Below are positions 1-13,064 of a DNA stretch of 64,000 nt, piece by piece. A program made the position numbers and the translations under genes. Under the pieces are notes generated by a model that saw only the letters and a list, made by a program, of their open reading frames with translations, made no database searches and had not been told where the DNA came from. The stretch lies in contig NC_043015.1 in NCBI RefSeq assembly GCF_006345805.1, positions 50,778,001 through 50,842,000 of the forward strand, read 5' to 3'. The number at the start of each line of letters is the position of its first letter. Within the stretch, counting starts at the first letter, position 1. The DNA comes from Octopus sinensis. Lineage: Eukaryota.

Positions 1-410
1 TTCCCCCCTATTCCTCCAAAACTCCTGCAACCCTTTCACTAGTTTTGAAAGTCAAAACTATTGAAAAGGTTGCAAGACGCAACAAATATTTTAGAAAAAC
101 CAAAAGAAACAAGTGGAAACTCCACCGGTGAGTGTGTTAAACCACAAGGCACCCAAAAGAGAATGGCTCTCCCAGACACAACAGTATATGCTTCAACACA
201 CAAAACTCACATAAAGAATCTTGCAAGCCAAATCCCAAAACGAAATATATTGGGTTGTCCGGGAAAGTTTGTGCTGATTTCAAAGGAAAGAAAAAGGTCA
301 ATAAATACTTGCCATTACATTTTTAATCAAACAAATATGAACCATTTGTTGCACAATGCATCTCCATCTTTTCTTTAACTTGAAAATACCTCTTCCCATA
401 ATTGAGGTGA

Positions 411-620
411 TTACATGGCAAAGAATTCATCAAGGTTTCTTTTTACGTCATCCAAGGAATTGAAATTTTTACCATTAAGACTATTGTGCAGAGACCTGAA
501 TAAGTGGAAATCCGAAGAAGGAGTATTATTATGGTGATATGGATGAGTGGGGTGGGGGTAACACATCCCAGCCGAGCTGCAGCAATTTTGTCTGGTTCCT
601 AAAGCATCAAGTGCCAAAAA
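411..620 (-). pseudogene. mariner transposase C-terminal remnant (duplicate at 4940-5150)
   Basis: Frameshifted KLLQLGWDVLP...PSSDFHLFRSLHNSLNGKNFNSLDDVK matches the mariner HPPYSPDLAPSDFHLFRSL region. Confidence 0.85.
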
Positions 621-887
621 TGAACTTTCTTATCTTCCATTTCAAAGGGTTACAGAATTAGCAAGGTTATAGGAACATAAACCTTCTTCCATGAAAAGAT
701 AGCTTAAACTGTGCTCTAAATGGAGGTGTAGTCAAATCCGTTTATGGATTCAACCATGTTTTAAAATAAGTCGAAGTAAGCTACCATAAATTGCAGGAAC
801 TTTCCGGACAAACCAATATATATATATTATATATATATATATATAATATATATAATATATATATATATATTAATATAATATATTATA

Positions 888-1232
888 TATTGTTAATATT
901 TCGGAATGGTTCATTTTGCAGTTTAGCCAATAAAAACACACGCACTATATATTTGGTGTACTTGCTCGTGTTATTTATTTATTTTTTACAATACATAGAA
1001 ATACAAAATGGCTGACGGTTAGTAAGGAGAGACACAAATAAGAAAGAAGAAAACAAAGGACCACTGATGCGGTGGTCACAGGAGGTGACGAACGAACTCT
1101 GGCCGAAATAAGATTAGATTAATGTATAAAAAATAAATAAATAAACAGTGAAGCAAAGTAAACCAAATTATAGTGCGTGTGTTTTTTATTGGCTAAACTG
1201 GCAAAAATGACCATTCCGAAAATTTAACAAAT
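888..1232. mobile_element. MITE/fold-back element with ~80-bp terminal inverted repeats (duplicate ~5417-5761)
   Basis: ttgttaatatttcggaatggttcattttgcagtttagccaataaaaacacacgcactata is the near reverse complement of tatagtgcgtgtgttttttattggctaaactggcaaaaatgaccattccgaaaatttaacaa; (TA)n lies nearby on both sides. Confidence 0.75.
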
Positions 1233-1375
1233 CTGTTTCAACACACGACTTCACATAAAAAATCTTGCCACAACCAATATTTTAAACGTATATAATATAT
1301 ATATATAATACTATTATATATATATTATATATATCTATTATATATATAATCCTATTATATATATATATATATGTA

Positions 1376-1436
<61 letters not shown>

Positions 1437-1438
<2 letters not shown>

Positions 1439-1705
1439 TTAGGGAATAAATCCAAATTTACAGGAAAAATCAGATTTAGGATAAATCCAATTTTATAGTA
1501 AAATATTATATAATATTAATTAGAGACAAAACCACTATTTTGCAAAACAAACAAGGAAAGACTTAATCAATACATAAAATTTTAATAAAAAGTCAAAAAA
1601 AACGCCACTACAATTGTTTCTGGTCAGTTTCAAATTATTTATTAAATTTTATGTATTGATTAAGTCTTTCCTTGTTTGTTTGCAAAATAGTGGTTTTGTC
1701 TCTAA

Positions 1706-1712
<7 letters not shown>
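1437..1712. mobile_element. Leader plus ~75-bp hairpin element in (TA)n (duplicate ~5966-6241)
   Basis: Arms ~1513-1590 and ~1637-1712 are near-perfect reverse complements (attagagacaaaaccactattttgcaaa... / ...tttgcaaaatagtggttttgtctctaat). Confidence 0.75.
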
Positions 1713-1752
<40 letters not shown>

Positions 1753-1757
<5 letters not shown>

Positions 1758-1966
1758 TGGGTGCTGAAAGTTCTTGGCTTGGGTAAAAGGAAATATTAGG
1801 ATCAGTTACTTAGATTTTATTCAGCATATTCATTCTCAGACTCGCATGCTTATTGCAGTGGCTCTTCAATTTTTCTAATCCCTGTAAAAAGACTCAGAAG
1901 GTTGGGACTCCAACCACACTTTTCATGATACTCTTAAAGTCAGGAAACTTTTCAGTACCCCTTGTA
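1753..1966. mobile_element. ~215-bp mariner-type MITE (duplicate 6281-6496)
   Basis: Imperfect TIRs (gagtgggtgctgaaagttcttggctt / aagtcaggaaacttttcagtacccctt) with TA flanks; same family at 35140 and 51400. Confidence 0.75.
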
Positions 1967-1974
1967 TATATATG

Positions 1975-2185
1975 TTCTTTTATTCTTTTACTTATTTCAG
2001 TCATTTGACTGTGGCCATACTGTAGTATTGCTTTTTAGTCAAACAAATCAATCCCAGGACTTATTCTTTGTAAGCCTAGCACTCATTCCATCGGTCTCCC
2101 TTGCTGAACTGCTAATGTATGGTAAACATAAACACACCAACATCAGTTGTTAATCGATGGTGGGGGACAAACACAGACAGACAAA
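1975..2185 (-). mobile_element. SINE family A, 3' half
   Basis: Reverse complement of the family A tail (ttttacttatttcagtcatttgactgtggccat...). Confidence 0.85.
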
Positions 2186-2214
2186 TATACAATGTAATTA
2201 TTCTTTTTCATTCC

Positions 2215-3683
2215 AGGTGCCATTATAGTGAACATTTGCAAAGAGTAACCATGCCATGCACAAAAAATTCAGCAGAACTGTCAGACTTTCAAAGAGGTCG
2301 TATTGTTGGGCAATCTGAGGCTGGTCTTTGCCAGCAAAAAATTGCCAAAAATCTTCAAATTCCTCTTGCTACTATAAATAGAATTATAGTGCAATTCACA
2401 AAGCCAAAGAAAGAATCAACAGATTCTCATCCCAGCTTACCTGACCCTTGGAAAGGAAGCTTCACTGTTTGAAGAGAATTGTGGAAAATGAACCCCGTTC
2501 AAAGGCTTCTGATATTGCAAAACAGCTAGAAGGTAGTCCAAGAACATGTGTTACATATCTACATAAGCTTGGGTATTATGGACGAGCCACTAGAAGAAAA
2601 CCTCTCCTTCAACCAATTTATATCATGAAAATAAAGAAAATGAGGAGATGCCAGAAAAATCCAGTTCATTTTGGGATAGAGTGATTTTCTCAGATGAACC
2701 CAGATTTGCATTATTTTCAGACAGTGGATGTGTTTGGGTCTGGAGGCTTCCTAATCAAGAATTTGATTTGAAACGACTCCAACCGGCTGTGAAACATGGC
2801 GGTATCTCTGTAATGGTAGGGGGCGCTGTAAGGTGGCGAGCTGGCAGAATCATTAGCATGCTGGCAAAATGCTTAGCAGTATTTTGTCTGCCGTTACGTT
2901 CTGAGTTCAATTTCTGCCGAGGTCGACTTTGCCTTTCATCCTTTCAGGGTCGATAAATTAAGTACCAGTTATGCACTGGGGTCGATGTAATCAACTTAAT
3001 ATCTATGTCTGTCCTTGTTGTCCCCTCTGTGTTTAGCCCCTTGTGGGTAATAAAGAAATAGGTATCTCTGTAATGGTAGGGGGCGCTGTAAGGCGGCGAG
3101 CTGGCAGAATCGTTAGCATGCTGGCAAAATGCTTAGCAGTATTTCGTCTGCCATTACGTTCTGAGTTCAAATTCCACCGAGGTCGACTTTGCCTTTCATC
3201 CTTTCAGAGTCGATTAAATAAGTACCAGTTACTGAGGTCGATATAATCGACTTAATCCGTTTGTCTGTCCTTGTTTGTCCTCTCTGTGTTTAGCCCCTTG
3301 TGGCTAGTAAAGAAATAGGTATGGGGCGCTGTCACCAACAATGGTCGTTCTGAGCTGATTGAATGTGTTGGAACCATAAACTCTGGAAAATACATAGAAA
3401 TACTTAAGCAAGGACTACTTCCGATGTATTCGCATAATGAAAAATGAGCTTTTATTCATGGAAGATGGGGCTCCATACCACACAGTGAAAAGGAATCAAC
3501 AATGGTTGACTGAAGATGACATGCAAAAGTTTCCTTGGCCCAGCCAATCTCCTGACATGAACTCAATTGAAGATCTTTGGAGTATACGAGATAGAGCTAT
3601 ACGAAATACTCGACAGAAACCCAAATCTAAAGGTGAATTCTTTCGATTGTTGCATGAAAAGTGGGCAGAAATATTACAAAGCT
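2215..3683 (+). pseudogene. Tc1-family DD34E transposase, frameshifted and interrupted by a SINE dimer (duplicate ~6745-8211)
   Basis: HTH ELSDFQRGRIVG...IAKNLQIP; VIFSDE (first D); [12 protein letters not shown] split by SINEs; FMEDGAPYH...WPSQSPDMNSIE with 34 residues between D and E. Confidence 0.92.
2829..3320 (+). mobile_element. Two tandem copies of tRNA-derived SINE family B inside the Tc1 ORF
   Basis: Head aggcggcgagctggcagaa (A-box-like) and gagttcaaatt (B-box-like), body gtcgactttgcctttcatcc, tail agccccttgtggg...aaagaaataggt. Confidence 0.9.
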
Positions 3684-3892
3684 CCTCTGGTGAATCTCCA
3701 ACGTGTCATGTAATGTTATGGGTTCGACCTGCCCCTCTGGCGAATCTCCAGCATGTTATGTAATGTTATGGGTTGGGTGTGCCCCTCTGGCGAATCTGAC
3801 ATGTCATGTAATGTTATGGGTTGGCCCTGCCCCACTGGCGAATCTGACATGTCAGATTTGCCAGAAGAGCAGAGCCTATCCATAACATTACA
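3684..3892. repeat. ~49-bp minisatellite (about 3.4 units) ending in an inverted copy (duplicate 8212-8420)
   Basis: Unit cctctggcgaatctgacatgtcatgtaatgttatgggtt..gc; palindromic centre tctgacatgtcaga at 3843-3856 followed by ...tccataacattaca. Confidence 0.85.
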
Positions 3893-4227
3893 AAATTTCC
3901 TTCAGAACACATACCGTTATCTTTAAAAGAAAATTCTAAAAAAATAAAACTCATAGAAACACAGGAAATTGGAGTCTGGAATAATAAGGAAAGATGGACT
4001 GGTTTATGTTTGATTAAAAGTCTTGCTAATTCAGATCTGACATGCAGCTACACAACAGGAACAACAACAACAATCACAACAAACTGCTATTAAACAGGAT
4101 AGAAAAAAATACCATAGAAAAATCGAGGCTTTGAGAATCAAATTAATCAGATTGGAGGACCCAGGTGGAATATCTGCAATGTGCCCATTGTAAACCAGGT
4201 GACAGGTTACATATACCCTACGAAATT

Positions 4228-4327
4228 NNNNNNNNNNNNNNNNNNNNNNNNNNNNNNNNNNNNNNNNNNNNNNNNNNNNNNNNNNNNNNNNNNNNNNNNN
4301 NNNNNNNNNNNNNNNNNNNNNNNNNNN
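4228..4327. other. Assembly gap (100 N)
   Basis: Run of exactly 100 N. Confidence 1.
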
Positions 4328-4408
4328 ACGGAAGCTATCAACTACTTCTAGTTTTTCTCCCTGGAACGTGGTGGAAGTTGTTCTTCTCTCTCTCTCTCTC
4401 TCTCTCTC

Positions 4409-4456
<48 letters not shown>

Positions 4457-4526
4457 TGTCTGGGGAGAGGTATTCTCTTTGGTGCCCTTCAACTCAACAC
4501 ACTCAACGGTAAAAACTTCCACCTCT

Positions 4527-5904
4527 TTCCCCCCTATTCCTCCAAAATCGGCAAACCCTTTCACTAGTTTTGAAAGTCAAAAACTATTGAAAAGGTTGCA
4601 AGACGCAACAAATATTTTAGAAAAATAACAAAAGAAACAAGTGGAAACTCCACCGGTGAGTGTGTTAAACCACAAGGCACCAAAAGAGAATGGCTCTCCC
4701 CAGACACAACAGTATATGCTTCAACACACAAACTCACATAAAGAATCTTGCAAGCCAAATCCCAAAACGAAATATATTGGGTTGTCCGGAAAGTTTGTGC
4801 TGATATTCAAAGGAAAGAAAAAGGTCAATAAATACTTGCCATTACATTTTTAATCAACCAAATATGAACCATTTTGTTGCACAATGCATCTCCATCTTTT
4901 CTTTAACTTGAAAATACCCTCTTCCCATAATTGAGGTGATTACATGGCAAAGAATTCATCAAGGTTTCTTTTTACGTCATCCAAGGAATTGAAATTTTTA
5001 CCATTAAGACTATTGTGCAGAGACCTGAATAAGTGGAAATCCGAAGAAGGAGTATTATTATGGTGATATGGATGAGTGGGGTGGGGGTAACACATCCCAG
5101 CCGAGCTGCAGCAATTTTGTCTGGTTCCTAAAGCATCAAGTGCCAAAAATGAACTTTCTTATCTTCCATTTCAAAGGGTTACAGAATTAGCAAGGTTATA
5201 GGAACATAAACCTTCTTCCATGAAAAGATAGCTTAAACTGTGCTCTAAATGGAGGTGTAGTCAAATCCGTTTATGGATTCAACCATGTTTTAAAATAAGT
5301 CGAAGTAAGCTACCATAAATTGCAGGAACTTTCCGGACAAACCAATATATATATATTATATATATATATATATAATATATATAATATATATATATATATT
5401 AATATAATATATTATATATTGTTAATATTTCGGAATGGTTCATTTTGCAGTTTAGCCAATAAAAACACACGCACTATATATTTGGTGTACTTGCTCGTGT
5501 TATTTATTTATTTTTTACAATACATAGAAATACAAAATGGCTGACGGTTAGTAAGGAGAGACACAAATAAGAAAGAAGAAAACAAAGGACCACTGATGCG
5601 GTGGTCACAGGAGGTGACGAACGAACTCTGGCCGAAATAAGATTAGATTAATGTATAAAAAATAAATAAATAAACAGTGAAGCAAAGTAAACCAAATTAT
5701 AGTGCGTGTGTTTTTTATTGGCTAAACTGGCAAAAATGACCATTCCGAAAATTTAACAAATCTGTTTCAACACACGACTTCACATAAAAAATCTTGCCAC
5801 AACCAATATTTTAAACGTATATAATATATATATATAATACTATTATATATATATTATATATATCTATTATATATATAATCCTATTATATATATATATATA
5901 TGTA

Positions 5905-5967
<63 letters not shown>

Positions 5968-6234
5968 TTAGGGAATAAATCCAAATTTACAGGAAAAATC
6001 AGATTTAGGATAAATCCAATTTTATAGTAAAATATTATATAATATTAATTAGAGACAAAACCACTATTTTGCAAAACAAACAAGGAAAGACTTAATCAAT
6101 ACATAAAATTTTAATAAAAAGTCAAAAAAAACGCCACTACAATTGTTTCTGGTCAGTTTCAAATTATTTATTAAATTTTATGTATTGATTAAGTCTTTCC
6201 TTGTTTGTTTGCAAAATAGTGGTTTTGTCTCTAA

Positions 6235-6286
<52 letters not shown>

Positions 6287-8756
6287 TGGGTGCTGAAAGT
6301 TCTTGGCTTGGGTAAAAGGAAATATTAGGATCAGTTACTTAGATTTTATTCAGCATATTCATTCTCAGACTCGCATGCTTATTGCAGTGGCTCTTTCAAT
6401 TTTTCTAATCCCTGTAAAAAGACTCAGAAGGTTGGGACTCCAACCACACTTTCATGATACTCTTAAAGTCAGGAAACTTTTCAGAACCACTTGATATATA
6501 TGGTTTTTATTCTTTTACTTATTTCAGTCATTTGACTGTGGCCATACTGTAGTATTGCTTTTTAGTCAAACAAATCAATCCCAGGACTTATTCTTTGTAA
6601 GCCTAGCACTCATTCCATCGGTCTCCCTTGCTGAACTGCTAATGTATGGTAAACATAAACACACCAACATCAGTTGTTAATCGATGGTGGGGGACAAACA
6701 CAGACAGACAAATATACAATGTAATTATTCTTTTTCATTCCAGGTGCCATTATAGTGAACATTTGCAAAGAGTAACCATGCCATGCACAAAAAATTCAGC
6801 AGAACTGTCAGACTTTCAAAGAGGTCGTATTGTTGGGCAATCTGAGGCTGGTCTTTGCCAGCAAAAAATTGCCAAAAATCTTCAAATTCCTCTTGCTACT
6901 ATAAATAGAATTATAGTGCAATTCACAAAGCCAAAGAAAGAATCAACAGATTCTCATCCCAGCTTACCTGACCCTTGGAAAGGAAGCTTCACTGTTTGAA
7001 GAGAATTGTGGAAAATGAACCCCGTTCAAAGGCTTCTGATATTGCAAAACAGCTAGAAGGTAGTCCAAGAACATGTGTTACATATCTACATAAGCTTGGG
7101 TATTATGGACGAGCCGCTAGAAGAAAACCTCTCCTTCAACCAATTTATATCATGAAAATAAAGAAAATGAGGAGATGCCAGAAAAATCCAGTTCATTTTG
7201 GGATAGAGTGATTTTCTCAGATGAACCCAGATTTGCATTATTTTCAGACAGTGGATGTGTTTGGGTCTGGAGGCTTCCTAATCAAGAATTTGATTTGAAA
7301 CAACTCCAACCGGCTGTGAAACATGGCGGTATCTCTGTAATGGTAGGGGGCGCTGTAAGGTGGCGAGCTGGCAGAATCATTAGCATGCTGGCAAAATGCT
7401 TAGCAGTATTTTGTCTGCCGTTACGTTCTGAGTTCAATTTCTGCCGAGGTCGACTTTGCCTTTCATCCTTTCAGGGTCGATAAATTAAGTACCAGTTATG
7501 CACTGGGGTCGATGTAATCAACTTAATATCTATGTCTGTCCTTGTTTGTCCCCTCTGTGTTTAGCCCCTTGTGGGTAATAAAGAAATAGGTATCTCTGTA
7601 ATGGTAGGGGGCGCTGTAAGGCGGCGAGCTGGCAGAATCGTTAGCATGCTGGCAAAATGCTTAGCAGTATTTCGTCTGCCATTACGTTCTGAGTTCAAAT
7701 TCCAACGAGGTCGACTTTGCCTTTCATCCTTTCAGAGTCGATTAAATAAGTACCAGTTACTGAGGTCGATATAATCGACTTAATCCGTTTGTCTGTCCTT
7801 GTTTGTCCTCTCTGTGTTTAGCCCCTTGTGGCTAGTAAAGAAATAGGTATGGGGCGCTGTCACCAACAATGGTCGTTCTGAGCTGATTGAATGTGTTGGA
7901 ACCATAAACTCTGGAAAATACATAGAAATACTTAAGCAAGGACTACTTCCGATGTATTCGCATAATGAAAAATGAGCTTTTATTCATGGAAGATGGGGCT
8001 CCATACCACACAGTGAAAAGGAATCAACAATGGTTGACTGAAGATGACATGCAAAAGTTTCCTTGGCCCAGCCAATCTCCTGACATGAACTCAATTGAAG
8101 ATCTTTGGAGTATACGAGATAGAGCTATACGAAATACTCGACAGAAACCCAAATCTAAAGGTGAATTCTTTCGATTGTTGCATGAAAAGTGGGCAGAAAT
8201 ATTACAAAGCTCCTCTGGTGAATCTCCAACGTGTCATGTAATGTTATGGGTTCGACCTGCCCCTCTGGCGAATCTCCAGCATGTTATGTAATGTTATGGG
8301 TTGGGTGTGCCCCTCTGGCGAATCTGACATGTCATGTAATGTTATGGGTTGGCCCTGCCCCACTGGCGAATCTGACATGTCAGATTGGCCAGAAGAGCAG
8401 AGCCTATCCATAACATTACAAAATTTCCTTCAGAACACATACCGTTATCTTTAAAAGAAAATTCTAAAAAAATAAAACTCATAGAAACACAGGAAATTGG
8501 AGTCTGGAATAATAAGGAAAGATGGACTGGTTTATGTTTGATTAAAAGTCTTGCTAATTCAGATCTGACATGCAGCTACACAACAGGAACAACAACAACA
8601 ATCACAACAAACTGCTATTAAACAGGATAGAAAAAAATACCATAGAAAAATCGAGGCTTTGAGATATCAAATTAATCAGATTGGAGGACCCAGGTGGAAT
8701 ATCTGCAATGTGCCCATTGTAAACCAGGTGACAGGTTACATATACCCTACGAAATT
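4527..8756 (+). repeat. Copy 2 of the ~4.2 kb duplication
   Basis: Same order of mariner fragment, hairpin elements, MITE, Tc1 and SINE dimer as 1-4227. Confidence 0.95.
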
Positions 8757-8770
8757 TCTACCATCTAAAG
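8576..8770 (+). CDS. Candidate internal coding exon, unidentified protein
   Basis: 195 bp between catgcAG and GTgatg, phase 1 at both ends, open as (A)TQQEQQQQSQQTAIKQDRKKYHRKIEALRYQINQIGGPRWNICNVPIVNQVTGYIYPTKFLPSK. Splice sites are only moderate; the copy near 4050-4227 has a 1-bp deletion. Confidence 0.35.
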
Positions 8771-9410
8771 GTGATGGTGGTGATGATGATGATGGTGATG
8801 ATGATGCTAGTGGTGGTGGTGGTGGTGGTTGATGGAGATATGATACTGATGATGACAATGGACATAATGATGATGATGACAATGAAAATGGATGTGGCAG
8901 TCGTAGTAGTGATGGTGATAATGAAGGTGATAGTAATGATGATGATGATGATGATGATGACAGCAATGAGGATTACGACAACGATGACAACGGCAGATGA
9001 TAAAAATGATGATGATGATGGTGGTGATGGTGGTGGTGGTGGTGATGATGGTGGTGCTGGTGGTGGTGGTGGTGGTGGTGATGATGGTAATGGTGGTGAT
9101 GACAATGGTCATTATGATGATGATGATGATGATGAAGATGATGATGATTATGATGATGATGATTATGATGATGATGCAGATGATGGTGATGATGGTAGTG
9201 ATGTTGATGAAGATGGAAGTGGTGGTTGTGTCAGTGGTGCCGAAGATAATGAAGGTAATGATGACGACGAAAACGACGATGATTACGACGACGATGGTGA
9301 CGACAACGACGATGATGATAATGATGATAATGATGGCAGTGATGATGTTGATGGTGGAGGTGGTAGTTATGAGGATGATGTTATTTACGACGATGATGGA
9401 AGTGATGATT
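8771..9410. repeat. Degenerate (GAT/GGT/GAC)n trinucleotide tract
   Basis: Direct inspection. Confidence 0.95.
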
Positions 9411-9784
9411 TTTATTGTTACAAAAAAAAATTTACTTTTAATAACATTCATTTGACTAACATTAGTTAATTACGACGGCTGAAACGTGCTAATGAATCTG
9501 TAATTCTTCAAGTTGTCTGGTAAAAGAACTCAAAAGTAATTTGGCTTCATTATATTGCTCTGACGAAGTTAATAAAAATTGTTTAAAATACTTGTTTACA
9601 GACTAGAAATAAATTCAACCAAACTTTAATTTCATTAGATTGAATTCGCAATTATAAGAAAATTAAAATTTAAAAAAAAACCTCACACAAAACATATTTT
9701 TGGAGCTATCACGTACTAGACTTAATAAATCTAATGTTTGATACACCAGAAAATTAGAAACTTATAGAAAAACTTAATAAGTGT

Positions 9785-10290
<506 letters not shown>

Positions 10291-10663
10291 TGGTGTGTAT
10301 GTGAAGGCGCATGGTTCAGTGGTTAGAGTGTCGAGCTTACGATTGCGAGGTTACGAATCCTGGACTGGGCTGCATGCTGTATCTTGATTGCCAAATTTCA
10401 CTTAATACTTCACCTGCGCTTTTCTCATGGAAAACAATAGTTTTTCTGTGAATGAAAGCACGTACACATTTCTCAGATGCCTTCGCTAAACAGAATAATG
10501 TCTTTGCCACTTGACCCTTCAAACCACTTCTAGGCAACCACTGGCTGGAATGGAGATAACAGACCTCCAACGAACTCCATAAGCTGTAGGCAGTTACTGA
10601 GAGCAACAATCAGTGAGTGTGAACATTATTATTACACTTTCTTCAAACACTTCATTCATATGT

Positions 10664-11072
10664 GCAGGAGTGGCTGTGTGGTAAGTAGCTTGCTAACCAA
10701 CCACATGGTTCTGGGTTCAGTCCCACTGCGTGGCATCTTGGGCAAGTGTCTTCTGTTATAGCCCAATGCCGACCAATGCCTTGTGAGTGGATTTTGTAGA
10801 CGGAAACTGAAAGAAGCCTGTCGTATATATGTATATATATATATATATGTGTGTATGTGTTTGTGTGCCTGTGTTTGTCTCCCTAGCATTGCTTGACAAC
10901 CGATGCTGGTATGTTTACGTCCCCGTAACTTAGCGGTTTGGCAAAACAGACCGATAGAATTAGTACTGGGCTTACAAAGAATAAGTCCCGGGGGTTGATT
11001 TGCTTGACTAAAAGGCGGTGCTCCAGCATGGCCGCAGTCAAATGACTGAAACAAGTAAAAGAGTAAAAGAGT
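10664..11072 (+). mobile_element. Full-length SINE family A (tRNA-like head, CORE-like segment, internal microsatellite, conserved tail)
   Basis: gcaggagtggctgtgtggtaag...gggttcagtcccactgcgtggcatcttgggcaagtgtctt (resembles the MIR/CORE ccttgggcaagt), (TA)(TG)n, tail ...cagtcaaatgactgaaacaagtaaaagagta. Confidence 0.92.
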
Positions 11073-11079
11073 ATATATT

Positions 11080-11311
11080 TATATAACCTCTCTCACCAAA
11101 CTCCCAACAATCTTTCTCGCTAACCTCTGAAAATCTCTCTCGCTAATCTCCAACAATCTCTCCCTCCTTCAGCTGACAGTTTTTTGTACTTTTCATGATG
11201 GAAAATACACCATTTGTGGCAGTCATAACGAAATTGCTTTCTTATATCAAAATAGTAAGGCGTTTCCAAAGAACATCTTTACTCCCGGGAATTACCAGGT
11301 ACACCAGCTAG
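11080..11311 (+). mobile_element. Helitron-like 3' terminus
   Basis: GC hairpin cccgg-gaatta-ccagg (one mismatch) a few bases before CTAG|T at 11308-11312, the canonical Helitron 3' signature. The 5' limit is uncertain. Confidence 0.5.
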
Positions 11312-11667
11312 TATATATATATTATATATACAATAAAAGCAATTAAGATTCAAGTCAATTCTAATGAATTTATACATGATGGGTTTCTTTCTAGCATTTC
11401 TAGATGAGTTTATAAATTCTAAATTGTAGGAGAATTTGTCAGTAAAGCAGTTTAGCTAAAATGGTAGTAAAGCACTTTGACCAGACATTGAAAGGATGTG
11501 AGTTTGAGTCTCATGGCTGGTTGCCAATAGATTTTTCTGCTCTGTAAGGATTTTATCCTATTCATGGTGTTCTATCAGTATTTATGCATTGAAAAATATA
11601 TCTTCCTACTTGTACTACAATACATTTCAGTGCTGCAAAACAAACTTATGTGTTTACATATAACGTA

Positions 11668-11715
<48 letters not shown>

Positions 11716-11877
11716 GGTGTAGAGTGGGTTGTGTTGTAAGTAGCTTGCTTACGAACCACATAGTTCTAGATTCAGTCCCACTGTGTGGCACCTTAGGCAA
11801 GTGTCTTCTACTATAACCTTGGGCTGGACCAAAACCTTATGAGTGGATTTGGTAGACGGAAACGAAAGAAGCCTGTC

Positions 11878-11920
<43 letters not shown>

Positions 11921-12450
11921 GGTGTGTGTGTATGTGTGTGTGTGTGTATGTGTGTGTGTATGTGTGTGTGTGTGTGTGAATGTGTGTGTGTGTATATGTT
12001 TCTGTGTCGGTGTTTGTCTACCCAACATCGCTTGACAACCAATGTTGGTGTGCTTACATCCCCGTAACTTAGCAGTTCAGCAAAAAGAGACTGATAGAGT
12101 AAGTACTAGGCTTACAAAGAATAAGTCCTGGGATCGATTTGCTCGAGTAAAGGCAGTGCTCCAGCATGGTCACAGTCACATGACTGAAACAAGTAAAAGA
12201 GTAGAAGAGTATATACATATTTGTATGTATGTATGTCTTTGTATATGTTTGTGTGTCTGTGTTTGTCCACCCGACTATTGCTTGACAACCGATGCTGGTG
12301 TGTTTATGTCTCTGTAACTTAGCAGTTCTGCAAGAGAGACCAATAGAATAAGTACTAGGCTTACAAAAAACAAGTCCTGGAGTTGATTTGCTCGACTAAA
12401 GGCGGTGCTCCAGCATGGCCGCAGTCAAATGACTGAAACAAATAAAAGAA
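11716..12450 (+). mobile_element. SINE family A full copy (11716-12210) followed by a second 3' half
   Basis: Same head, core and tail motifs; tail repeated at ~12240-12450. Confidence 0.9.
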
Positions 12451-12509
12451 TATATATATGTGTGTATATATATATATGTTTGTGTGTGTGTGTGTGTGTA
12501 TATATATAT

Positions 12510-12542
<33 letters not shown>

Positions 12543-12763
12543 ATATACATATATATATATATATATAATATATAATATGTATGTACTAATATATATATAT
12601 ACACATATATATATATTACATATATATATATACGCACATATAATAACAAAATTACTGGGAGAGATGAAATGAAAACGAAGAATAATATATATTACATATA
12701 ATATATATATATATATATGTATATATTATATATGTATATATATATGTATATATATATGTATTA

Positions 12764-12826
<63 letters not shown>

Positions 12827-13064
12827 TACAAGGAAGAAAACTCTTCCCTAACAGTTCTGCCTATTAGCAAATTGGTACCTGTTAAATAAGAATCAATTTT
12901 GTCTTCCATACGGTTTCCAGGCGCATATAAAGCTATTATGAGGCATATAGGAAGAAAGTAAAAAAATATTGATAATAAATATATGATATTTATATATAGC
13001 TTTTATTTGACGATTTTAACTTCAATATTACAGCTTCTTCTTTCTTATCTCTCTTCTTCTTTTC

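Larger units (their letters stand above)
1..4227 (+). repeat. Copy 1 of a ~4.2 kb near-identical duplication (partner 4527-8756)
   Basis: Position 1 (ttccccccta) aligns to 4527, and 4227 (cctacgaaatt) aligns to 8756. ORF-track entries recur at an offset of ~4529. Differences are mostly single-base indels. Confidence 0.95.

Noticed and set aside
4031-4564. 177-aa ORF spanning the gap
   Set aside because: Built from Ns and microsatellite.
8736-9469. Long Asp/Met/His-rich ORFs (also 12983-13438, 14786-15193, 46100-47078)
   Set aside because: Open in several frames only because trinucleotide repeats lack stops.
10300-10380. tRNA gene (also heads at ~10664, 25150, 58560)
   Set aside because: A/B-box-like motifs are present but there is no complete cloverleaf; these are SINE heads.
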